DNA of 64,000 bases, from assembly GCA_964016885.1 (NCBI GenBank), contig OZ024740.1, positions 326,492,001 to 326,556,000 of the forward strand, written 5' to 3'. The stretch's first letter is position 1; the number at the start of each line of letters is the position of its first letter. This DNA comes from Eledone cirrhosa. Its lineage: Eukaryota. Both the position numbers and the translations under genes were made by a program. Positions 34,729 through 47,066 of this stretch are shown here, in pieces. Below the pieces are notes generated by a model, which saw only the letters and a program-made list of their open reading frames with translations, was not told where the DNA came from and ran no database searches.

Positions 34729-36072
34729 AATGAATTTAGTGTAATAGTAGGGGTTCACCAAGGCTCCGTCCTTAGCCCCCTCCTGTTTATTATTGTCCTA
34801 CAGGCTATAACAGAGGGGTTTAAGACTGGCTGCCCATGTCTATATGCAGATGATCTAACTCTCATAGCTGAATCCATGGCTGAACTAGAGAGGAAGTTCC
34901 AAACATGGAAGCACTGCCTTGAATCAAAAGGCCTTATAGTCAACTTGTCTAAGACTAAGGTTCTAGTATGTAGAAAGGAGAATAGGGCACAGGTACCCTC
35001 TGGGAAATGTCCATGCTTAGTGTGTAAGAAAGGAGTAGGCAGAAACTCCATTCTATGTCCCAAATGCAAACTATGGGTACATAAAAGATGTGGGATCAGA
35101 GGTAAGCTATCTAAGAATGTAGATTTTATATGTGGCCGATGCTCAGGTGCAGTAAGTAGCAAGGACCCACTGGATGATATCTCCTTCAACTGCCCAGATG
35201 GTTCTATAGAAATAGACACCTTCTGTTACCTGGGGGACAAAATCAGCAGTGGGGAGGGTGCTCTGAAAGTGTAGTAGCCAGAGTTAGAACGGGATGAAAA
35301 CAGTTCAGAGAGCTAATACCGCTGTTGGCCACAAGGGGGTTTTCTCTAAAAATGAAAGGCAGATTGTATGATGCATGTATACGAATGGCGATGTTACATG
35401 GTAGTGAGACTTGGGCATTGTGTGCTGAAGACCTGCGTAGATTAGAAAGAAATGAAGCTTGCATGCTCCGATAGATGTGTAATAGTAATGTGCACGAAAG
35501 GCAAGGCATAAACGAATTAAGAGGGAAACTAAGCATAAGAGGTATCAAATGTTGTGTTCTGGAGAGGAGATTTCATTGGTATGGACATGTGATGCCTATG
35601 AAGGACAACAGCTGTATAAAAAAGTGCAGAGCAATGAAAATTGATGGAAGCTGTGGAGTGGGTAGACCAAGAAAAACCTGGGACGAGGTGATAAAAACTG
35701 ACCTTGCTCACCTACACCTCTCTAAGACAATAACACTGGATCGAAACCTTTGGCACCATGCAGTTGTACAGAAGACCCGACTGCCATTGCATACAAACCT
35801 ACAGTCAGTAGGCACCTCTTAACTCAATGTACACTCCACCCCACCTTCCTTCTCCTGTGTTGTCCACTTTGTCGATGACACAACAGTCCACACTGTAAGG
35901 TGGCCACGTAGGAGACATGGTGAAAAGGCTTCCAGTCCACACTGTAAATGTGGTTGGTGTTAGGAAGGGCATCCAGCTGTAAAAAAACCTGCCAGAGACG
36001 CTTCAAATGGAACAAAACCGTCTAACCCATGCTAGCGTAGAAGATGGATGTTAAACGATGATGATGATCATC
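34729..36072 (+). mobile_element. 5'-truncated degenerate RTE LINE
   Basis: HQGSVLSP, YADD, PHD, several stops; starts directly after (TA)n; (TGA)n tail. Confidence 0.92.
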
Positions 36073-36439
36073 ATCAAAGATGAAGCTGCAATAAGGCAAC
36101 TTCAGTTGAATTATTTGAGGTAGTCCCTAAGCACTCAATGATGCGAGAAATGAATTAATTCCTCCATTAGAGTGAATACATTAAAATATACGAAGGAAAC
36201 ACCATCTATTGTACATAACAACAAGAATGAATACCAAAAGGGAAAAGAATTTCTCACCCAAAGTGTCACAGTTTCTGATGCAACTTGTGTTGTGCCATCA
36301 TGAGTTGCGAGTGTGTATTCACATGCCGTACGTGCATCTAACAGTTATTATGCAATTAGAACAGGAAGCATCTTCATCAGCAGGAATATTTTTAACAAAT
36401 TTTTATCACCAACTTAGATACAGATTTTCTATTTTACAG

Positions 36440-36587
36440 GAAGGACCTGTTGAAACTGAAACCCAAATCAAAAATGTCATGTCTCATAAATTCAAAGAGC
36501 GTGTTGGTGCCAACAGTCATCCATGTGAAAAATGTAAAGGTGTTATTTGGGGATTAATAGGAATCAACATATGGTACAAATGTCAAG
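36440..36587 (+). CDS. DEF8: DEF8 coding exon 5 (C1 domain, first half)
   Basis: tttacAG/GTATCT. HKFKE...CEKCKGVIWGLIGINIWYKCQ. Confidence 0.93.
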
Positions 36588-37057
36588 GTATCTTTGTTTT
36601 TTATTATTATTATTTCTCTCTCACCTCCTCTCTCTCTCTATCACCCTCAATCTCATCCTCTCTCTCACTCCCCTCTTTCTTACTCTCACTCCCCTCTTTC
36701 TTACACCATCTCTTACCTCTTACCTGCCTCTCTCTGTATTCATTTGACTTATTGTTGGATCAATTATTTTTACACTAGGTGAAACAAAATCTATACTCTA
36801 AAAGACACTTAAAACATTTTAAATATCAAAATATTAAAACTTGGTAAATATATTCTCCACTCATGAGAATATCAAAACCGTGCTATTTAAACACAATGTG
36901 TTGATTACCTGCCTTGGCTTATAAACGAGGTTTGGATTTTTGCTCATTTCTCAGACATTAAATAGGGGGGTTGGCTTATATTCTGATCAGCTTATATTTA
37001 AGTATATATGGTAAATGATTATTTTTTTTCTTTCACAATTATATCCTCTCTGACCAG

Positions 37058-37122
37058 AATGTGGGTATCGATGCCACCAGAAGTGCCTTAACTCTGTGAC
37101 GAGGATGTGTCCAAGTGCAAAG
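37058..37122 (+). CDS. DEF8: DEF8 coding exon 6 (C1 domain, second half)
   Basis: gaccAG/GTAAGA. ECGYRCHQKCLNSVTRMCPSAK, phase consistent. Confidence 0.93.
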
Positions 37123-37704
37123 GTAAGATCCCCCCCCCTCCTCCACTATACATTTTTGTTTTCTACTTCTCTATTGGTTTCTTCTGTGAAGTGGATAATG
37201 GTTTCAGTGACAGTTGCTATGTCATTGGTGTTAAGTCACAGTTGCAAATCTCATATTTCAAAGACAGATTAATTTTGTTATAGAAGGAATAATGGTTTCA
37301 GTTTAAATCAATATATGACTGACATTTACTAAGTGATTGGCGTTAGGAAGGGCATCTGGCCATAGAAAGCTTACCAAACAAGGATTTAGGAGGACCCTTC
37401 GGTTGTGTGAAGGACATAACAACCTCTCTAGTGCTGGTGATCTATACAATACCCAGTACATGCTGTAAAGTGGTTGGTATTAGGAAGGGCATCCAGCCAT
37501 AGAAAGCTTGCCAAACAAAGGTTTAAGAGGACTCTTCAGTTTGTGTTAAAAACATGACAACTAGCAGGGGAAGCAGATGTTAAATGATGATGATGATGTT
37601 GCTAAACTTATAGTTTAAAGGTAGTTTGTTAATATTTCTCTGGTGTGATAATGGTTTCAGTTCAGAACAAGATATGAGTCACAATTGCTAAGTCACAATT
37701 GATC

Positions 37705-37897
37705 GGTTGTAGTTACTCGGTTGTAGTTGCTCGGTCGTAGTTGCTCGGTTCTAGTTGCTCGGTTCTAGTTGCTGGGTTGTAGTTGCTGGGTTGTAGTTGC
37801 TGGGTTGTAGTTGCTGGGTCGTAGTTGCTGGGTCGTAGTTGCTGGGTCGTAGTTGCTGGGTCGTAGTTGCTGGGTCGTAGTTGCTAGGTTGTAGTTG
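37705..37897. repeat. 14-bp minisatellite (tcgtagttgctggg)n
   Basis: About 13 units with graded variants. Confidence 0.92.
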
Positions 37898-37967
37898 TGA
37901 ATTTCATATTTTAAAGATGGGCTGTTAACTTTGTATTCAACTGTAAATTGCTGTGAAAGGTTTAGCA

Positions 37968-38286
37968 CAGAGGTGTGCAGCATATTTCATTGGCGGGCTA
38001 CATTTGAACATTGGAACAACTATTAGGGCCATTAATATTTATTAAGCATTCTTCCAAAGATTCACCACAACTTCTTTCCATAACATGGAACTGGGAAAGT
38101 ATAACACACATAACATTATCAGTGAAACCCTTTAGTATAGGTTAACTAACAGAAAACTGTATTATGGTTACGAGAAAAATTCTAAATAAGCCTACAAGGT
38201 AAAAATTAAAAACAGTCATCGCAGGCCACTCCGACTGGTCTGGCGGGCCGGATTGTAGCCCTTGGGCTGCCTGTAGCACGCCCCTG
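37968..38286. mobile_element. hAT-type MITE
   Basis: Ends CAGAGGTGTGC / GCACGCCCCTG; 8-bp TSD gtttagca/gtttaaca. Confidence 0.7.
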
Positions 38287-39135
38287 GTTTAACATTTTTG
38301 CAATCACTGAAGTACTGAAGTACTGAAGAGTTATCTCCTCATTTGACTTGCATTTAGATGGGAAAATGAATGAGTCTTTATTTTGTCGTTCAATCTGCTA
38401 GATATAGCAGCCACATTTTCTCCAGATCACACTCTGCTGTCTGAAATAAAGGATCTGGTATCAGAAAAATACAGGATGGTCATAGTTGGAATGCTTTTGA
38501 TCATTACTCTGCTCCACCAGTGATGACTTGGGGTTAAACAACAGCAACAACTTGTATTTAGATGGACAAATGAAGAAATATTTACTTAGCTGCTCAATCC
38601 ATTAGAAATAGAAGAGCCAAATCTCTCTCAAATGCACCTCCTACTATCTTAAAATAAATGTGCAATGTAAATGTGAGAGAAAGGTAGAGCTTGGATCAAG
38701 AGAGAGAGTCAACCCTAGTACTTGACTGGTACTTTTTTTATTGACCTCAGTGGGATTTGAACTCAGGGAGTTCAGAGAGCTGGAACAAATATTGCAAAGC
38801 ATTCAATACATTTAATGACCCTGACAATTTGTAACACTTTAGTCCTGCAGACCTATGACTAAAGGCATTCCAACCATGACTGTCCCATCTTTATTTTTAT
38901 TTATTTTTTAGGCACAATATATCTAGGATCATGTTATACAATATGTCTTTCATTTTTAAAGATGGTAGAATATGATTTGGGGAAAATTTGCTTCTAGAAG
39001 GTTGATCATCCATTTAGAAGCTCACTTCTTGGCTCATACAGATGTATAGTAAAGTTATTGTGGTTGATGTTGCAGTTAGTTTCTTGCTTTTAGTTCTTTT
39101 GATAAAATAAGCAGTATTTCTTCCTATTACATCAG

Positions 39136-39241
39136 ATTGCCCAGGGTCAAAGCATCATCACTGATATTTGTCCTGAACGAGGTCTGAGTCTTCAGAAATT
39201 TCGATGTGTTGACTGTCGGGAACCAATTGAGTTTCAAAGTA
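39136..39241 (+). CDS. DEF8: DEF8 coding exon 7
   Basis: catcAG/GTAAGT. ICPERGLSLQKFRCVDCREPI matches [21 protein letters not shown]. Confidence 0.93.
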
Positions 39242-39734
39242 GTAAGTATCATATTTATGTTTTTACTCTTAGCTGCAAATAAGGTCTATCCATTAGTAGT
39301 GCATGCAGTGTCAACATTTTAACTTAATAGCATGACTGGTTGTATCAATTTGGTATTTAGCCTCAGATTAAACCTGATCTAACAAATTTATGATCAGATG
39401 ATCAGAGGCATTCCAACCATGATCAGCTCATCGTTTTAGGGGGGATATAGGTTTATAGTATCTAATGAGCCTTTCCTTGTTTAAAATTTAGGGAGTTGAC
39501 TTAATCTATCATCCACTTAAATACCATCACCTGGTCCATGGAGCCCTTTAGGAGGGTCGACTCTGTTTAAAGCTTTTGGGGCAGATTTTTGGTCCAAGGA
39601 TAACTCTCCACTTCTTACCAGCCACAGAGACCTTGAAAAGAGTTGTGAACATTACTCTTTCTTCTCTGATGTGATTTGAAGGATAGGTTGACTGTGGCAG
39701 GATTTGAACTCAGAACAAATACTGCTACCACCCT

Positions 39735-39962
39735 TAATAATAATGGTTTCTGATTTAGGCACAGGGCCAATCATTTTTGGGGAGAGGAAAGTCAATTAAA
39801 TCAACTCCGGTGTATTACTGGTGCATTATTTTATCGACGCTGTAAGGATGAAAGGCAAAGCTAACCTCGGCAGGATTTGAACTCAGACCATAAAGAACTG
39901 TAACTCTATGCTTTAAAGTATGTTGTCTGATGCTTTACTGATACTACCGATCCACCACCCTA
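39735..39962 (-). mobile_element. tRNA-derived SINE, same family as 31808
   Basis: Reverse-complement B box ggatttgaactc and central domain. Confidence 0.8.
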
Positions 39963-40024
39963 CCACTCTTAATAATAATAATAATAATAATATAAAATCG
40001 TTGAAATAGTAACAATGATACTAA

Positions 40025-40198
<174 letters not shown>

Positions 40199-40356
40199 TG
40201 ACAGCTAACAATTTCTTTTCTTGCCATTGCTTTAGTTATATTTCCTAAAAAATACACTCATAGTGTAATCAAGTCTTTGTGTTTGCTCAACCTGCAAAAA
40301 ATAGCAAAATCTTCCTACAACCACACCCTTCCATCTTAAACAAGAGAATCATGCTC

Positions 40357-40705
40357 ATCATTATTATTTTATGCCTGCTCTTCCATTCTTGCATGGGTTG
40401 GACAGGTCTTTTCTAGCACAACATTACTCTACTTGTTGCCGTCCTTTGTTATCTCCACTGTGAGCTTCTGTGATTTGAGATCAACTCTCATAACCTCTGT
40501 CAACGTCTTCCTTGGGCTTCTTTTACTGAAGCTTCCTTCACCTGGGATTTCTTGACATTTCTTCACTCAAAGAACATCATCCAGACACATCACATTCTTC
40601 TCTCCTGCACATTTCATCTGATTTCTCTTATACCCAGCTTTACTCTCACTTCATCCATGTTTTGTTATTTATGCCTCTTGACATTGCACATCCATTGAAG
40701 CATTA
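40357..40705 (-). mobile_element. RTE 3' fragment (short-UTR subfamily)
   Basis: Similar to 3414-3790. Confidence 0.75.
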
Positions 40706-42368
40706 TTAACATTGCCTATTAAGCATTACATAACCATCAATTGATGCATTAGATAATGTAATCCTTGATATCCTTAAAAAATAGAATAGTTGCAATTCGA
40801 ATATCTTTGATTATACTTGACATGGGGCTAAATAATAACATAATTACATGATTTATCAAAGACAAATATGAAGATGTCATGAATGCTTTATAGATAGAAA
40901 AGAGTAATAATTTAGAACCAAACCTTTTTTAGAATATCAGATATTTTATCATGAAACTGTTCTGATTGTTGTTATTGTTTAGCCACAAGTCAGCCAGGAT
41001 TTAACAGACTTATATCAGCTAGAAATCCTTCTAGCTGTGATCATCCTATTTTCTATTCAGTTATTCTGTATCTAGGGCTACTCTATTCAATGTCTTTCCT
41101 TCTCTAAAACAGTAAGGTGTAGCTGAAGGAGATTTGGCTGCTATTTTTAGCAAGTTGTGGGATCTCATTGAATCTCTCTCATTGGCTCATTACTGTTCTG
41201 GTTGAAAAATAAGTTGCTGAAGATTCCATGCTAATCCTTGCAATGTGAAAAAAAAAATTTTTCCTGTGTTTTTAAGTTACACTTTTATAAGAGAAATGTT
41301 ACCCCAAATATTTACTTCATCTTTTCCTTTAATCCATGTCTAACCGTAGATGTTTTAGATTGCAGTTGGTCATAGGATACTTAGGTGGTAAACTGGCTGA
41401 ATCATTAGAGCATTGAATGAGATGAGGTATTTAATCCAGCTCATTGCATTCTGAATTCAAATCCTTCCGAGTTTACTTGGGTGGTGGACTCAATCTATGG
41501 CTCAGTTTAACACTGCCACCTGGTCCTTGGGTCCTTTCAGCAGAGTGTCTCTAGTTTGAGGCTACTTCTTGCCTTCCAGCTTTCTTGGAGGCTCTGAAAA
41601 GGGTCATGGATACTGCTCATCTATCTGTGTCTAAACAGTAAAAAAAAAAAAAAAAAAAAAAAAATAGCCAAGAGGTTGACTGTTCATATCCTCTCACAGC
41701 TACAATTTTGTCTCTTAGTCAAGACTCTTAAAACTCTCAACAGCTGAATTCATCCAGCTCTAAGTAGGTACCACAGGTAGTAGTTTACAGCTTTAAGCAG
41801 TAACATGAATACTATCCAACCCTTGCCAGCAGGGAAAAACAGATGTAAAAATTATGATGTTCCAATCCAATCCAGGCCCTTCTTTTGTTGGAGCAACGCT
41901 TCCCTATTTGATCTCCACCACTTTCTGTTTGGTTTTGGTCATGTCCAGAGTGTAGCTGTACTCACGATACTTGACCAATTGCGGGTTGTTGATGGTATTT
42001 AACCCATAGTTGGGATGGATGGCTGTTGACCCTGAGTTCATCATCCACCCTTTTAACAGCTCTTGTCTTTTTTTTTTGCTGCTGGAGTTCCACAAACCTT
42101 CCTCACCAGTCATGGTCTGGTGGGGGTGCTGGTTTAGTTACTGACCACTCAACCATGAAGCAGGTTGTGCTGGGTTACATGGTACCAGTAACAGGCAGAA
42201 GCCTGACCTGACACACATGATGTTAATGATGATTAATTAATATCAAGCTGCTAACAAAGTAAGAAGTGAAACAACTGCAATTGGTTGTTTTATTTAGGAC
42301 TACAATTAACATTCTTGAAGAATATGGAACCCGCCCAAAAATCTAATATTTTTTGTTTTATATTGTAG

Positions 42369-42482
42369 GTAAGTCGTGCCAGTCGACAGTTCTTGAAATT
42401 AATGTTAAAAAAGCCTGTATTAAATCTTGAAGAACACTGTCCACTTATTTTTAAAATGTCAGAAGAATTGCGGCAAATTCTT
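42369..42482 (+). CDS. DEF8: DEF8 coding exon 9
   Basis: ttgtAG/GTAAGT. VSRASRQFLKLMLKKPVLNLEEHCPLIFKMSEELRQIL. Confidence 0.92.
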
Positions 42483-43104
42483 GTAAGTATTTTCTAGAAA
42501 TATCTCCTAATTTTATAAATTGACCTACAAGAGAATCTAGTAATTTCTCATGTAGAGATAAGTGGGGTGCTGACAAGTGAGGAGAGATAGCTAAATCTGG
42601 GAATAAAAAGCTGATCTTTTGCTTTATCACATTGGGAGCTTACCCATGAGTTATAGCACTGTTTATACATAATATTTTTTTGTTTATTGTATATCCTTAT
42701 GTATGGATATACTCTTTTGGAGAGCTGGGCCTGATGTGTGTGTGTGTGTGGGTATATGATCATATATGACTGAAACTGTATGGCTGTGTGTATGACTGAA
42801 ATGTGTGTGTGTATGTGTATATGTGTGAGAGAGAGTGATAATATGTGTAACATGATGAGAAAAGATGTAGGATGTGATCTATTTGCCTACTGATCAAGGA
42901 GTGATTCTGTTAATGCCATTCCACTCTTAGTAGCTTAGTCAAGCTACCTGTCAATAGAAACCATATGTAGAAGGCACAGCCCATTATAGTTACTAGTCTG
43001 GTCTTTGTTTTGTTTTTATTAGATACTCCTTAATTATTTTTATATAATGTCACTGGCTTTTCATGACATTATAAGATCTTGTATAGTTATATGAATAAAC
43101 ATTG

Positions 43105-43510
43105 TTGTGTGATAGATATTACTATGTGATAGATATTGTGTGATATATATTATTATGTGATAGATATTACTGTGTGATAGATAAGATATTACTGTGTGAT
43201 AAATAAGATATTGAATAAGATATTGAAGAACAATAATTAAGATATTGGAGTATGATAAATTAATTATTACAGTCTGATAAATATGATACTACAGTCTGAT
43301 AAATATACTACAGTCTGATAAATATGATACTACTGTCTGATAAATATGATACTACAGTCTGATAAATATGATACTACAGTCTGATAAATATGATACTACT
43401 GTCTGATAAATATGATACTACAGTCTGATAAATATGATACTACAGTCTGATAACTAGGATACTACAGTGTGATAAATAAGATTCTACAGTCTGATAAATA
43501 AGATTCTACA
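43105..43510. repeat. Minisatellite (~17-22-bp units, tacagtctgataaatatgatac)
   Basis: Direct reading. Confidence 0.9.
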
Positions 43511-43525
43511 TATTGTTTATATGCT

Positions 43526-45952
43526 TCAGCATGTACCCATGGGAGGTCGGGTACCCTGTATTACTGCGTGACGCCAGAAGTCACGGTCGTGTGTCATTGA
43601 CTTTGAGAGGTGTAGTTGGGTAAGGTCGGCTTTTATCACCTCATCCCAAGTCATCTTGGGTCTCCCCACTCCGCGGTTTCCATCAACTTCTAGTACTCTG
43701 CACCTTTTTATGCAGCTGTCATCCTTCATACGCATCACATGTCCATACCAGCGTAACCGCCTCTCCTGCACGCAGCATTTGATTCCTCTTATGCTCAGTC
43801 TCTCTCTCAATTCATTTATGCTTTGTCGTTCACGTATATTACTGTTACACATCCATCGGAGCATGCAGGCTTCGTTTCTCTCTAATCTACGTAAGTCTTC
43901 CACCTTCAGCGCCCAGGTCTCACTACCATGCAACATCGCTGTTCGGATACACGCATCATACAGTCTGCCTTTCATTCTGAGGGAGAAGCCTTTTGCAGCT
44001 AGCAGTGGTAGTAGTTCCCTAAACTTCTTCCATCCCGTTCTTACCCTAGTTATTGTACTTTCTGAGCACCCACCTCCGTTGCTAATTCGGTCACCTAGGT
44101 AGCAGAAGCTGTCTACTGTTTCTACAGGGCCCTCCCAGAGATTGGTGGTACTTGTTTCCTGTGGCTGTTTGCTTGCTGTTTCAGCACAGCTGCTGCATGT
44201 GAATCCTACATTCTTAATTAAGCTTCCTGAGATCCCGCTACATCTCTTGTGTACCCATTGTTTGCATTTGGGGCAAAGAATGGAGTTCCTACCTACACCT
44301 TTCCTACATACTGAGCAAGGCCATTTCCCTGAGGGGATCTGGGTTCTGTTTTCTCGTCTACTTATAAGGACCTTAGTCTTTGTCATGTTGACTTTGAGGC
44401 CCTTTCTCTCTAGTCCCTGCTTCCAGGTTTGGAATTTATTCTCTAGTTCTACCATAGATTCAGCTATGAGTGCGAGGTCATCAGCATACAGGAGTTCCCA
44501 TGGGCATCCGGTCTTAAACTCCTCCGTTATTGCCTGCAGGACTATGATGAACAGGAGAGGGCTAAGAACAGAGCCCTGGTGGACCCCAACCTGTACGCTA
44601 AATTCCTCGCTATACTCATTGCCAATCCTAACTTTGCTGACTGCTCCCCTATACATGGCTTGTACCGCTTTCACAAGCCATTCATCTACTCCTAGTTTTC
44701 TAAGAGCCCACCAGATTACTGCACGTGGAACTCTGTCAAAGGCTTTCTCAAGGTCGACAAATGCCAAGTAGAGTGGCTTACTCTTAGCTAGGTACTTTTC
44801 CTGTAATTGCCTCACAAGGAAGAGCGCATCAGTGGTGCCTTTCCCTGGAACAAACCCAAATTGCATCTCGTCTATATTCACCCGGTCCCTAATCAGCTGT
44901 GCTATAACTCTTTCTGTTACTTTCATGACCTGGTCCATCAACTTTATACCTCTATAGTTTCCTCTATCTAGTGCATCGCCTTTACCTTTGTAGCAGTTGA
45001 CAATGATGCTACTGCACCAATCTTTTGGTATGGCCCCCTCTAGTATTACCTGGTTAACGATACGTGTGGTTATAGTGTGACCTACAGACCCAGATGCCTT
45101 CAGCATCTCGGCAGCTATACCCGATGGACCGGTTGCCTTCCCTATCTTCATATCTCTGATTGCCTTACTTACTACGCTGCCGCTGACTTGTACTGCTGGT
45201 CCCTCTATAGGGTCTACGTGGGGTAGGGTCTCTTCTTCCCATGCATTCTCCTCATTTAGTAATCTATCATAATGACTCTTCCATGCATCTTTCTTCTCAG
45301 CACTTGTGAGGGCAAGCTCACCTTTATCATTCCGGATACACTTCTCTCCAATGACATCACAACTATCTCTGACACACTGCCTCGCAATCTTGAATACCTC
45401 CTGTTTCTGGTCCTCACGTTGTAAAACATGCTTGAATTTTCTATCCTCTGCTTCCCTCCTAGCTAAGTATACTTGTCGCCTAGCTTCCCTCTTGGTCTCT
45501 ATGTAATGTACCCTGCTCCCCCCGTTCTTCCATTCTTTCCATGCCTGTCTCTTGGCCTTGACTGCTTCATCTACCTTATTGTTCCACCACCAAGTCACTC
45601 TCCTCCTGCTTGAGGTCTTACTCCAGCCACAAACCTCATCCGTCGCCTCTAGTAAGTTATTTTTTAGGAACTCCCAGTTCTCTTCTACGTTAAATGTCTC
45701 TATCTGTTCTTCTTTACTGTCGTAGGCGTTGAGTAAAATATCTTTAAATCTGTTACTGGTTGAGGGGACTTTCAGCTTCCAGATCTTTCTTCTCCAGGTT
45801 GGCCTCTGTTTCAGGGCTCGTCTAGTTCTGACCGTGAGGTCGCTGACAACTAAGCTATGTTGGGATGTACATTCCTCACTAGGGAAGGCTTTTGTGTTTA
45901 CGACCGTCCATATGTCACGTCCTCTGATGAGAATAAAATCTAACTGACTAGA
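43526..45952 (-). mobile_element. RTE LINE segment with an uninterrupted ~800-codon ORF (APE C-terminus, RT, PHD), lacking 5' end and 3'UTR/tail
   Basis: SQLDFIL...SQHSLV...YADD...PHD...WYGHVMR with no stops. The first ~48 aa of the 856-aa track ORF are flanking DNA. Confidence 0.95.
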
Positions 45953-46716
45953 GTATATATAGATTAATGTGAATGCTAAAGGGTTAACACAATTCTCTGT
46001 AAGATTCATTATGACACTTTGAATCACGGCTAAGTGAATTGGGGCAACATGAGATAAAGTATCTTGACACAACGTGGTGCAGGGAATCAAACTCACAACT
46101 TAATCAAGCCAAGTCTCTTCACTACAGTATGATAAATAAGATATTCACTGTCACTATAAATCCTAATGGACTTGTATAGGGGTTGTTGTGAGCATTCTTA
46201 AATATGGTTGCTCCCATCTGTCGCTAGATTTGACCACAGCTGATTTCTTATATAGAGAGAGAGAGGGAGTGTGTGAGAGAGAGAAAATTTGACCCCAGTA
46301 CTGGAGTGGTACTTTATCAATCCCAAGAAGAATAAAGGCAAAGTTGCATCGGACTCGGAGTGTGGAACTCAGAGCCTGGAACAAATACCACAAAACATTC
46401 TATCCAGCATTCTAACAGCTCTGCTAATTCACTGCCTTATAAGTCAATATCTTGTTTATTATAATTCAATATCTTAGCTATAATGCTATGTATCATTTAG
46501 TAATTTCTTATCTATGTTTATAACATTTTAGAGTTCCTATAAGGTTTTAGTTACATCTCATTAAGATCTAGAGGTTTTTTGTGCATAAAAGACAGGAAAG
46601 CAAACAGAGATATGAAAGAATTTCAGCTTTTTTTTTTAAATATAGAATTTCTGTGTCTGTTAGTAATCTTTTGTATTTGACAATTCAATAACTCTTGCTT
46701 TATATTTTAATTAAAG

Positions 46717-46797
46717 AAACTTCGAGAGGACATCCTAATTATGAAAAAATATTTCATCCGTTGTCAGGTTGCCCGTGACGATAAGTTGCTATTATTG
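46717..46797 (+). CDS. DEF8: DEF8 coding exon 10
   Basis: Weak taaAG acceptor, GTAAGT donor. KLREDILIMKKYFIRC matches KLRQDILLMKPYFITC. Confidence 0.9.
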
Positions 46798-46866
46798 GTA
46801 AGTTTGATAATTATCGGAGCTGTAAAGTGTCTAATGATTTTGTCCATATATCACTCCCCACCACCT

Positions 46867-47066
46867 TTAACCCTTTAGCATTTAAACCAGCCATATCCGG
46901 CCAGAATTCTCTCACCTCTTTCTGTTCAAACCAGCTGTAACTGGCCGCTCATAGTGATGTTAAGGTAAATAATATCAAATCCGTAGATTCGATATTATGT
47001 GAAATAAAGTGTTTACTGTGAAAATACAAAAGTAAATATAGAGTAATGTAAATGCTAAAGAGTTAA
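46867..47066. mobile_element. piggyBac-like MITE
   Basis: TTAA-bounded TIRs. Confidence 0.87.

Noticed and set aside
36300-36385. Minus-strand CTGATGAAGATGC...GCATGTGAATAC hammerhead-like relic
   Set aside because: The GAAA box is broken and stem I is not evident; too degraded to call.
43656-45947. Plus-strand ORFs overlapping the RTE copies (also at 6638-7744 and 20791-24017)
   Set aside because: Antisense shadows of the RT ORF, recurring in every copy, with no domain signal.
45953-46096. N-terminal 48 aa of the 856-aa ORF as a real fusion
   Set aside because: Chance read-through into flanking MITE/SINE DNA with a non-ATG start.
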